A DNA stretch of 64,000 bases, from contig OZ252299.1 of assembly GCA_965250285.1 (NCBI GenBank), positions 2,944,001 to 3,008,000 of the forward strand. Direction: 5' to 3'. The translations under genes were made by a program, and so were the position numbers. The notes below the pieces were generated by a model. That model worked only from the letters and a program-made list of their open reading frames with translations. It was not told the DNA's origin and did not search any database. How positions within the stretch are numbered: the first letter of the stretch is position 1; each line of letters starts with the position of its first letter. This document shows positions 17,748 to 26,133 of this stretch, piece by piece. This DNA comes from Myxococcota bacterium (GTDB lineage Bacteria > Myxococcota_A > UBA9160 > UBA4427).

Positions 17748-19217
17748 TCAGTTCGCGGCGCCGCCCGCCGCCAGCAGCTTGACGCGGTGGTCGCCGAGCG
17801 CCGCGACCTCGGGGTGGCGCGTCTCGAGCGTCGCGAAGAAGTCGTACGAGTCGTACCAGTAGCCCCGCCGAGCGAGCTCGTGGCCTCGTTCGGCCAGGCC
17901 CACCTCGTCGATCGCATTCGTCTCGGCGTCGTTCGAGGCGAGGCGCTTGATCGAGCCTGCCGACACCGGGTTGCGCGACGGCCGGTCGGGATCGTTCACG
18001 AGCGTCACGAACCAGCGGTACTCGATGCCCGGCTCGAGCGACACGCCCTCGTCGGCGAGCGAGATCGATGCGAGGCCCGCGGCGTGCGGTCCGGCGAGGG
18101 TCAGCTCGAGCACCGGATCGATCTCGCGATCATCCACCACCGTCACCACGATCGCCTGCTCGGTCGGCTCGGACACGGACCACCAGAGTCGGGGCGAAGC
18201 CTCGCGGGTGAGACCCACATGGTCGGGTGCATGGGCCGTCACGCGCGGTGCCGAGCCATCGCCCCGCACGCCGCGCACCGAGCCGAACTGGTGCATCCAG
18301 GCCAGCTCCGTCGAACCAGAGGGCGCCGCGTAGTCGGGCGGGGCCATCTGCGAGAGCGAAGCGAGCAGGATCTCTTCGCCGGCCACGAGGTCGCCGGCGG
18401 GCGCCGCGTCGCGGGCCGACGGCTCTTCGTCGCGGTCGATGGCCGGCACCGCGGCGCCGCCCGGTCCGCCCTGTGCCTCGGCAAGCTGCACGACCTCGGG
18501 CTCGATCGACGGGGTCGGCGCCGGGGCCGGCGCCGCCGACTCGCTCAGCACGGGCTCGGGCACCGCCGCGCGATCCGCCGCCGCCAAACGCGACGGATCA
18601 CTCGGCGCCGGAACAGGCACCGGCTGCGGCGGGATGGCGCTCGGCTCGGGCTCGGCCGTCGGCGCCGACCGCTCGGCCAGTCGCTGCGGTGCGCGCGCGC
18701 CGCCCCCGCCCTCGCCGATCGTCACCCAGGTGCCGATCGCCGCGATCGCGACGAGCAGCGCGCCGGCCGCGGCCCAGCGCGGCGGTCGATCGAGACCGAG
18801 CCAGCCGGCGATGCGCTCGATGGCGCTCGGCGCCGCAGCCGCAGGGGCTTCGGCCGCCGCGCCCCAGGGCGCGCCGACCACCTCGGCGAAGTCGAAGGTC
18901 TGGAGGGCCTGCCACTCGGTCCGGCAGGTCGCGCACGCGTCGAGGTGTCGTTGCATCTTCATCTGCTCCGGCCCGGCCGTCGCGCCGCCGCCCGCGTAGC
19001 GGGCGAGCGCCTCGACGTCCGGGTGCCAGGGGCCGTCATCAGCCCCCTCTGCTTGCGAAGGCTCGGCGAGGGTCGACTCGATGCCGGTCCAGAGGGCCAG
19101 CTCGGCCGAGCACACCGCGCAGTCGGGATAGTGCGCGCGGAATGCCTCGAACTCGCTCGCCGACGGATCCGTCAGGTAGCGGGCCAGGTCGATCTCCTCA
19201 CGGAACCGGCAGATCAT
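17748..19217 (-). CDS. Anti-sigma factor: two HxxxCxxC zinc motifs, TM, Pro/Ala linker, exported DUF928-like domain
   Basis: HYPDCAVC (19110-19133), HLDACATC (18924-18947), TM WAAAGALLVAIAAIGTWVTI; C-terminal GLT....P.LWW, LEPGIEYRW, GSIKR, A..GYWYD; directly downstream of an ECF sigma gene. Confidence 0.8.
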   Translation of the reverse strand: MICRFREEIDLARYLTDPSASEFEAFRAHYPDCAVCSAELALWTGIESTLAEPSQAEGADDGPWHPDVEALARYAGGGATAGPEQMKMQRHLDACATCRTEWQALQTFDFAEVVGAPWGAAAEAPAAAAPSAIERIAGWLGLDRPPRWAAAGALLVAIAAIGTWVTIGEGGGGARAPQRLAERSAPTAEPEPSAIPPQPVPVPAPSDPSRLAAADRAAVPEPVLSESAAPAPAPTPSIEPEVVQLAEAQGGPGGAAVPAIDRDEEPSARDAAPAGDLVAGEEILLASLSQMAPPDYAAPSGSTELAWMHQFGSVRGVRGDGSAPRVTAHAPDHVGLTREASPRLWWSVSEPTEQAIVVTVVDDREIDPVLELTLAGPHAAGLASISLADEGVSLEPGIEYRWFVTLVNDPDRPSRNPVSAGSIKRLASNDAETNAIDEVGLAERGHELARRGYWYDSYDFFATLETRHPEVAALGDHRVKLLAAGGAAN

Positions 19218-19360
19218 CTCACCCTGCCTCCTCGCTCGCCGAAGCCCCTGCCTCGGCGTTCACAGGATGGATCGCTGAAGCCCCTGAAATCGGATCACCC
19301 GCCGAGCCCATTTCTCCACGGTTCGACCATTTTGCTGCTCTCGTCGCCCTCAGTGCGCGC

Positions 19361-19939
19361 TCAGCCATCCGCCAGCTCCGCGCGCAGGGCCGCGAGCCCC
19401 TCCCGCAGCGCGCGCTTGAGGGTGCCGAGCGGCAGCCGGGTCTGCTCGGCGGCCTCTTCATAGGTGCGGCCGCGCATGTAGACCTCGACGACGGCCTCGC
19501 GTGCGCGGTCGGGCAAGCGCTCGAGCGCCTCCCAGAGCGCCACCTGGTGATCGGCCGACAGGCCCCCTTCGCCACCGGGCGGCCAGGGCGAGGCCCCCTG
19601 CTCGGTCAGCTCTTGGGCATCGTGGTCGGGGGCCTGGCGCTCGAGCGCGCGCAGCCGGTCGACGAACTTGAAGCGGGCCGTCTGCTTGAGAAAGCCCGCG
19701 ACGGCGCCCGCGTTCTCGAGGCGGCCGTCGCGGTGGGCTTCGCAGACGGCGAGGACGACGTCCTGCACCATGTCGTCCCAGTCGTCGCGAAAGTCGAAGG
19801 CCCTCCAGCGCGACAGAAAGCCGGTGACGAAGCGCGCGAGGGTCACGAACGCGACGCGGTCGCCCTGCCGCACCCGACCGACGACGGCGTGCCAATCGGT
19901 CCTCGCCCCTCTGGCGCTCGTCTGGGTCGGCTCGGACAC
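19361..19939 (-). CDS. ECF-type RNA polymerase sigma factor
   Basis: Region 2 (GDRVAF...DDMVQDV...ARFKFVDRLR) and region 4 (ALERLP..AREAV...GRTYEEAA....LPLGTLK). Confidence 0.9.
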   Translation of the reverse strand: MSEPTQTSARGARTDWHAVVGRVRQGDRVAFVTLARFVTGFLSRWRAFDFRDDWDDMVQDVVLAVCEAHRDGRLENAGAVAGFLKQTARFKFVDRLRALERQAPDHDAQELTEQGASPWPPGGEGGLSADHQVALWEALERLPDRAREAVVEVYMRGRTYEEAAEQTRLPLGTLKRALREGLAALRAELADG

Positions 19940-20041
19940 CCGCGAAGGCTAACCGACCCGGGTCACGAGAATCGAGTGGCCGCGGCGCCTTCGGGGTCGG
20001 GGCACCCGCAGACGGCCGCGACCGCGTATTCTCGGTGGCCG

Positions 20042-22279
20042 ATGGCCGACCCCAATCAAGAAGAGCACGACGCGCCCAGCGAGAGCTGGATCGCCGAGTT
20101 TCGCCGGCGCACGGTCTTCCGGGTCACGGCGGCGTACGTGGTCGTCGCCTGGGTGCTCATGCAGGGCGCCGAGATCGTCTTTCCGGCCTTCGAGCTCTCG
20201 AACGCGGCGCTGCGGCTCTTGATTCTGGTCCTGGCGGGCGGGCTGCCGATCGCCGTGATCCTCGCGTGGCTGCTCGAGGTCACCCCGACCGGGGTGCGGC
20301 TGACCAACCGTCTGCGTGCGGGCGGCGCGACCGGTGAAGGGCGCGAGCAGACGACGGCCTTCGGGCGCGTCATCGAGATCGTCGTGCTCGGGGCGTGCAT
20401 CCCGGCCATCGCGTTCGTCGCCGTCCTGCTGATGTCGACGCCGATCGACCTGACGGACGCGTCCGACGAAGCCACGCAAGCCGAGGGAGCGACCCCGGGG
20501 TTTGCGCCGATCGAGGGCCGGAGCCTCGCGGTGCTGCCGTTCGAGGATCTGACCGCGACGCCCGAGGGTTCGGGCTTCTTCGCCCGCGGCGTGCACGAGG
20601 ATCTGCTGACCCGGGTCGCTGGCCTGCCCGACCTGCGCGTGGTCGCGCGCACGACGGTACTCGCCTACCTCGACCGCCCCGATGGCCTGCAGGCGATGAC
20701 CCGCGAGCTCGGCATCGCGCACGTGCTGCAGGGCAGCATCCGCCGCAGTCCATCGCTGATCCGGGTGACGGCCCAGCTGACCGGCACCGAGACCGGCGAG
20801 CTCGTGTGGGCCGAGACGTTCGAGGCCGAGCCCGAAGACGTGCTGCGCGTGCAGGCCGACCTCGCCGCTCGCATCGGTCGCGCCCTCGAGGACGAGCTGT
20901 CGGGCGAGGGCTCGAGCGGCGGCGAGATCCCGGTTGCGGTCGTGACGTCGCCGATCGTCGACGAGGCGTCTGCGCCCCGGCGCGTCGTGCCGGCGGCGTT
21001 CGACGCCTACCTCGAAGCGCGCGACCTGCACCGCAGCCTCGATGCCGAGAACCGCGAAGACCTCGCCCGCGCCCGCGCACTCTACGAGACGGCGGTGCGC
21101 CTCGACCCCGAGCTCGGCGCGGCCTGGGCGCAGCTCGGCATCCTGCACGCCGAGGCCGACTGGTTCGGCTTCGACCGCAGCGGGGCCCGCTGCGACCGCG
21201 CGCGCGAAGCCATCGAACGCGCGGGCGCGGTCGAGCCGGGTCTCGACCTGCTGCCCCTCGCAGCCGGCATCGAGGCGTACTACTGCGACGGCGACTTCGA
21301 GCGCGCCGAGGTGCTCTTCGCAGAGGCCGCCGAAGCGATGCCCGGCGACACCCAGGCGCTCTTCTACCGCGCCATGGTGCTGCGCCGCCTCGGTCGTCTA
21401 GAAGAGGCGCTGGCGCTTCAGCGCCGGGCGCTCGCGATCGACCCGCTCAACCTGGGCGAGCGCGACGAGCTGCCGCTCACGCTGGCGTTCCTCGGCCGGC
21501 TCGAGGAGGCGCGCCGCGAGACCGACGTGTTGCTCTCGCTCGATCCCGACCGGATCCGCGCGCGCTTCTACGGCTGGCACCTCGACCTCGAGCTCGACGG
21601 CCGGCCCGAGATCGTGCTCGACGAGATCCTCGCGGCCCCCCGCTCGCAGTTCGGCTTTCAGCACCTCGGCCTGCTCGAGCGCGTGGCCGTGCTCGCCGAC
21701 CGGCCCGACGACGCGATTGCGCTGATCGAGTCGCTGCCCGAGGACGCACCCGACCCGGGCTTTCGAGACTTTCGCCTGGCGCGGCTGCAGGGCTGGGCGG
21801 GGCGGGCCGACGAGCGGGCCCGTCTGCTCGCCCGGTCGCGGGCGAAGTGGGATGCGATCGTCGCCGCCGTCGGCGACGCGCTCAGCCCGACCGAGCGCAA
21901 CGTGGCCGAGGCGCTGTTGGCGGCGGCCGAGGGCGACCTGCCCCGCGCGATCGTGCTGCAGGGCGAGATCGTCGAGGCCCAGCCGATCGAGGTCGACCTG
22001 ATCACGGGCAGCCCGCCCCTCGCGCAGCTGATCCACTTCAACGTACTCGCCGGTCGCACCGGCGAGGCCGAGGCCCTGCTCGACCGCCTCGAGGCGCGCG
22101 GCGCGTTCGGCGCCGTGCTCTTTCACGGCTGGTACCACCTGCTGCACTGGCCCGGCTATACCCCGGCGCTGCAGGATCCGGCCTTCCGGTCGGCCCTCGA
22201 GCGCCGGCTGCCGCCCTACGTCGAGCGCTGGCTCTCGGAGCGCGCCGGCGGCGGCGCCCAGATCCCGGTCGCCTCCTGA
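20042..22279 (+). CDS. Three-TM membrane protein with TolB-N/FlgO-like domain and TPR repeats
   Basis: EFRRRTVFRV.AAY...AW, SLAVLPF, GVHEDLL..., LRVVARTT, LQGSIRR, WAETF, AFDAYLEA and multiple TPRs. ATG 20042 chosen within ORF 18227..22279. Confidence 0.85.
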   Translation: MADPNQEEHDAPSESWIAEFRRRTVFRVTAAYVVVAWVLMQGAEIVFPAFELSNAALRLLILVLAGGLPIAVILAWLLEVTPTGVRLTNRLRAGGATGEGREQTTAFGRVIEIVVLGACIPAIAFVAVLLMSTPIDLTDASDEATQAEGATPGFAPIEGRSLAVLPFEDLTATPEGSGFFARGVHEDLLTRVAGLPDLRVVARTTVLAYLDRPDGLQAMTRELGIAHVLQGSIRRSPSLIRVTAQLTGTETGELVWAETFEAEPEDVLRVQADLAARIGRALEDELSGEGSSGGEIPVAVVTSPIVDEASAPRRVVPAAFDAYLEARDLHRSLDAENREDLARARALYETAVRLDPELGAAWAQLGILHAEADWFGFDRSGARCDRAREAIERAGAVEPGLDLLPLAAGIEAYYCDGDFERAEVLFAEAAEAMPGDTQALFYRAMVLRRLGRLEEALALQRRALAIDPLNLGERDELPLTLAFLGRLEEARRETDVLLSLDPDRIRARFYGWHLDLELDGRPEIVLDEILAAPRSQFGFQHLGLLERVAVLADRPDDAIALIESLPEDAPDPGFRDFRLARLQGWAGRADERARLLARSRAKWDAIVAAVGDALSPTERNVAEALLAAAEGDLPRAIVLQGEIVEAQPIEVDLITGSPPLAQLIHFNVLAGRTGEAEALLDRLEARGAFGAVLFHGWYHLLHWPGYTPALQDPAFRSALERRLPPYVERWLSERAGGGAQIPVAS

Positions 22280-22413
22280 GCCGATCCGCGCGGGACGGAC
22301 ACCCCGGAACCCCTCGGAAAATCTCGATTATTACGAATCACTCGAAAATCTTTTTGTTTTCGTGATCCGATTGGCCGCCCGTCACCGATCCATCCCACGA
22401 AGGAGGAGGTGAC

Positions 22414-22887
22414 ATGCTCTACCGATTCGAGACTTTCGAGGTGGCCGAACAGACGCGCGAGCTGCGCTGCCAGGGCCAACAGGTGCACTGCCAGCCCAAG
22501 GTGTTCGACCTGCTCGTGCTGCTTCTTCAGCAGCGCCACCGCGTGGTGTCGCGCGAGATGATCCTGCGCGAGATCTGGCCGAGCGTATGCGTCTCGGGCG
22601 CGTCGGTGAATCGCCTGGTCAAGGAGACACGCCGCACCCTGGGCTCGGCCTGTGACCCGAACGGCCACATCCAGACCAGCCGCGGCCGCGGCTACCGGTT
22701 CGTGGGACACGTCGAGTGCGTGCGTGAGGCCGGCGAAGCCAGCGAAGAGGACGCCATCGTCGCCCGCGCGCGCCGCGCGCTCGAGGCCTCGATGGAAGAG
22801 GGCTTCCAGGATTTCAAGCTGCGCCTCGACGAGTTCGTGTCGACCTGCCACCTCGCGATCGAGGCGGCGCGGAGCCAGGCGCAGTGA
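22414..22887 (+). CDS. Stand-alone OmpR/CadC-type winged-helix DNA-binding protein
   Basis: YRFETFE, PKVFDLL..L.....RVVSR, IQTSRGRGYRF; strong RBS AAGGAGGAGGT; AT-rich upstream tract 22318-22362. Confidence 0.88.
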   Translation: MLYRFETFEVAEQTRELRCQGQQVHCQPKVFDLLVLLLQQRHRVVSREMILREIWPSVCVSGASVNRLVKETRRTLGSACDPNGHIQTSRGRGYRFVGHVECVREAGEASEEDAIVARARRALEASMEEGFQDFKLRLDEFVSTCHLAIEAARSQAQ

Positions 22888-23069
22888 CTGCCGCCTTCGA
22901 CGACACGCCGCGCCTGCGGACGAAGCTCACGCGCGTCGGGCGACCCGACGGTGCTCTTGGCCGCCCGGTTGCGTGTGGGTTGCCGGTGGATCGAAGACCG
23001 AGCGCAGATCGGATCGCCGCCGGCGCGACACCGACGCGCAGCCCCGAGGCCGCCCCGACGAACACGAAA

Positions 23070-23085
23070 TGGCACGAGGTCAGCT
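23070..23085 (+). promoter_or_regulatory. Possible sigma54 (-24/-12) promoter upstream of the PEP-CTERM/TPS/CHAT operon
   Basis: TGGCACG-AGGT-CAGC: consensus -24 box with GG-N10-GC spacing, imperfect -12 box. Confidence 0.35.
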
Positions 23086-23277
23086 TCGCATCACGAAAAG
23101 ACGCACAGCGAGCCCAATCAAGTGACCCAACCCATCCCTGACAGCGGATCGTCGTGCACGTCGAATTCGCGAACGCGACGCTGGCCGCTTCCGGTATGCT
23201 GGCCCGAACCCCAGCCGCGTCGGCACCCCGGGATTCATCCGGCCGCAAACCCGAGTCGACGCGACCACGAGAAGCGC

Positions 23278-26121
23278 ATGTGCCACCGAAGCCCCCGCCT
23301 CGAGTTCCGAATCGCGCTGTGCGTGATCAGCTGGCTGTGCGCAGCCGGCCTGGCGAGCGCGACCGAGCCCGTCGTCTTTCACAGCCCGACCGATGATGGC
23401 GCCGGCGCTCCGGGCTTCGTCCTCACCGCCCCGAATGCGACGCTCAACCTCTGGCTTCGCCCCGGCGACGTGCCCAGCGAGTCGAGCCAGATCGTCTGCG
23501 TCAACGGCAACGGTGACGAGATCTGCGGTTTCGACCTCGTGCTTCTCGCGAGCGGCAGCTTTCGGTTGAGCTCGTTCGAGCCCGACTCGGAGAACGACGT
23601 GGTCGCGGGCCCCGTTTCAGCGACTGATCTACGGCTGAATCGCGTTGCCGGCCTGAACCCCGACTCGGCGCCCGTGCGCATCGGGACGCTCAGCGTCTTT
23701 CGCTTGAGTGATGACCCCGGTGAGCTCCGCGTCTCGCCCGAGAGCCTGGCGGTCGATGCGTCGGGGGAGCTCATCTCGATCTCGGACGAAGAGGCGATCG
23801 CCCTGCCCGAGCCGTCCGGCGCTCTGGGTCTCGTTGCGGGCGCGTGCACGCTGGTCGCGCTCAGGCGTCGACGGCAGCGCGCGACGATGCTGCTGCTGGC
23901 GCTCGTGTCCCTGCTCTTCGTCCCGACGGGCGCCAACGCCGACTCGACGAGCTTCGAGACCGGGTACGCCGAAGGCGATCTCGTCACCACGGTCGACTTC
24001 CCGACCAATCGGGTTCGGATCCAGGGCCAGGGCCAGATCCGGATCGGTGAGATCGGGCTGCCGACCGTGGCCTTCGAGCCCAACGACACGCATCAATTCG
24101 CCGACCCCTTGAATCAGCGGTTCTTCATCTACGACACCACGGGTCAGACGACCGGCGGGCCTCGGGACGGCTACGTCTTCGAGTTCGAGAAGCCGGTCGA
24201 GTCGTTCGGCATCGTTCTGCTCGACTTCAACCAGGAGGCAGGCCCCCCGGCCGTGCCGCTCGGGGCCACCGCGCGGATGCGGGCGTATGGTGACTATGCC
24301 CGCACCCAGCTGCTGAGCGAGCAGACCGCCACGACGAACTCGAGTCAGCCCGACGGCAGCGCGTTCATCTATCCGGCGGCGCCGGTGACGTCCGAGATTC
24401 GCGCTGTCACCCTCGAGTTCGATCAGAGCGAAACCACCACCGGCATCTCGGGCATGATCTTCGAGACGGTCACCGACACCGACTTCGACGGCGTCTTCGA
24501 TCCGTTCGACAATTGCCCCGACTTCTACAACCCGCAGCAGGAGGACGGCGACGGCGACGACGTCGGCGACTTCTGCGACAACTGCCGCTACACCTCGAAC
24601 CCGGCGCAGACCGACACCGACCAGGACGGCGAGGGAGACCTCTGCCAGCCCGCGACGATCATCGGTGAGGTGCAAGGCGACCAGAGCGGCCCCAAGCAGT
24701 TCCAGGTGTTCCTGCAGTGCAACGCGCGGCCGATCCGCACGATGTCGTTCGGCGTGCTCGTGCCCTTCGGCTCGAGCGTCGAAGAGAGCGGCGTGCTCTT
24801 CGGCGACTGCGGCCTGCCCCCGAACCCGCCGCCGGGCGTGCCCGCCGGCGGCGGCTGTACCGGCACCCTCGGCCCCACGGTTTCGCCGGGCGATTCGGGC
24901 GTCTGGTCGTCGAACGTCGGCGTCGGCCCGCCGTGGCACCAACGCGCGGTCTACCTCACCGTCAGCGGCACGGGCAAGGAAGGCGCGCTCTGCGAGCCCT
25001 TCGAAGGGCCGGTGCCGATCGCACAGTTCTTCTACGAGTTCGACGTCAACTTCGAGGGCCAGTCGGGCTTCGTGGTCGACGGCTTCGCCGACCAGGGCGA
25101 GCCGGTTCTCGAGACGATCGAGGGTGAGCCGTCCGAGTACGAAACGGTGTCGTACTTCATCGTCTCCGATCCGGTCCCCCCGCCGCAGCTCGAGCTGCTG
25201 CTGCAGCCGGCAGCCGGGGAGCCCGCCGGCTTCGAGACGCGCTGGAACCTCTGCATGTCGAGCGACCTGGGCAACCTGATGAAGCGGGTCAGCGTGGGGG
25301 TGCACGTCGAAGACTCGACCATCAACGACATTCGCGTGATCGGCTGCGACACGCCGGACGTCGGCGAGTTCAAGCGTGAGTGCACCAGCACCGTGGGGCC
25401 GCACGTCGACTTCTCGAAGTCGTTCACCCAGGGGCCGTTTCCGAGCGACATGGCACCGCTCGGCGCGGACACGCTCTACATCGCGCTCGAGGGTTCGACG
25501 CCGACGTTCGACGGCCCGACGCTCAACCCCTCGCCCACCGCCGAGACGTGTGTCGCGACGATCGAGATCGATATCCCGCCCGGCGCGGAGGGGGTGCAGC
25601 CGACGCTCGTCAACGCGGGGGTCGACACGCTCCCGTTCGACGATGGCGAGGCCGAGGGCTACCTGCGCTCGACCCTGAGCCCCACGCCCGACCCGATCTC
25701 ACTGTTCGAGGTCTATCTGGCCAATGGGCTCGACGTCGGCGAGGACTACGACAACGACGGCCACCTCGATTCGGCCGACAACTGCGTCTTCCGCGCGAAC
25801 GACCTGCAGAACAACGGCGATTTCATGAGCGCCACGCCGAACTTCGACGACGACGGCGACGCCTGCGAATGCTCCGACACGAACGGCACGGGAGCGATCT
25901 TCGACGAGAGCACCCCCGACCCGGTGACGGGCGCTCCCTCCGACCTCGCGAAGATGCGAGACTATCTGGCGGGTCGCGATCTGAGCGAGAACATCGCCCA
26001 GACGTGCAGCGTCGCGGGGAGTCCCGAATGCGACATTCAAGATGCCGTCGTGCTGCAGCGCGCGCTGGCGGGCGCACTGCCGGGGATCGAGACGCGCTGT
26101 GATGCTGCGCTCCCCGACTGA
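23278..26121 (+). CDS. Exported acidic protein: signal peptide, ~147-aa beta domain, internal PEP-CTERM, second signal peptide, TSP3 Ca-binding repeats, duplicated beta domain, dockerin-like C-terminus
   Basis: Signal peptide ending ASA; LPEP-TM-RRRRQR at 23803-23880; h-region plus ANA|DS at 23881-23946; DxDxDG..D..DNC repeats from 24475 and 25744; SDTNGTG...DLAKMRDYLAG and DIQDAVVLQRALAG. Confidence 0.8.
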   Translation: MCHRSPRLEFRIALCVISWLCAAGLASATEPVVFHSPTDDGAGAPGFVLTAPNATLNLWLRPGDVPSESSQIVCVNGNGDEICGFDLVLLASGSFRLSSFEPDSENDVVAGPVSATDLRLNRVAGLNPDSAPVRIGTLSVFRLSDDPGELRVSPESLAVDASGELISISDEEAIALPEPSGALGLVAGACTLVALRRRRQRATMLLLALVSLLFVPTGANADSTSFETGYAEGDLVTTVDFPTNRVRIQGQGQIRIGEIGLPTVAFEPNDTHQFADPLNQRFFIYDTTGQTTGGPRDGYVFEFEKPVESFGIVLLDFNQEAGPPAVPLGATARMRAYGDYARTQLLSEQTATTNSSQPDGSAFIYPAAPVTSEIRAVTLEFDQSETTTGISGMIFETVTDTDFDGVFDPFDNCPDFYNPQQEDGDGDDVGDFCDNCRYTSNPAQTDTDQDGEGDLCQPATIIGEVQGDQSGPKQFQVFLQCNARPIRTMSFGVLVPFGSSVEESGVLFGDCGLPPNPPPGVPAGGGCTGTLGPTVSPGDSGVWSSNVGVGPPWHQRAVYLTVSGTGKEGALCEPFEGPVPIAQFFYEFDVNFEGQSGFVVDGFADQGEPVLETIEGEPSEYETVSYFIVSDPVPPPQLELLLQPAAGEPAGFETRWNLCMSSDLGNLMKRVSVGVHVEDSTINDIRVIGCDTPDVGEFKRECTSTVGPHVDFSKSFTQGPFPSDMAPLGADTLYIALEGSTPTFDGPTLNPSPTAETCVATIEIDIPPGAEGVQPTLVNAGVDTLPFDDGEAEGYLRSTLSPTPDPISLFEVYLANGLDVGEDYDNDGHLDSADNCVFRANDLQNNGDFMSATPNFDDDGDACECSDTNGTGAIFDESTPDPVTGAPSDLAKMRDYLAGRDLSENIAQTCSVAGSPECDIQDAVVLQRALAGALPGIETRCDAALPD

Positions 26122-26133
26122 GTCGGTCGCCAC

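Noticed and set aside
18227..20041. N-terminal 605 codons of the 1350-aa ORF
   Set aside because: Low-complexity antisense read-through of the sigma and anti-sigma genes; the real protein starts near 20042.
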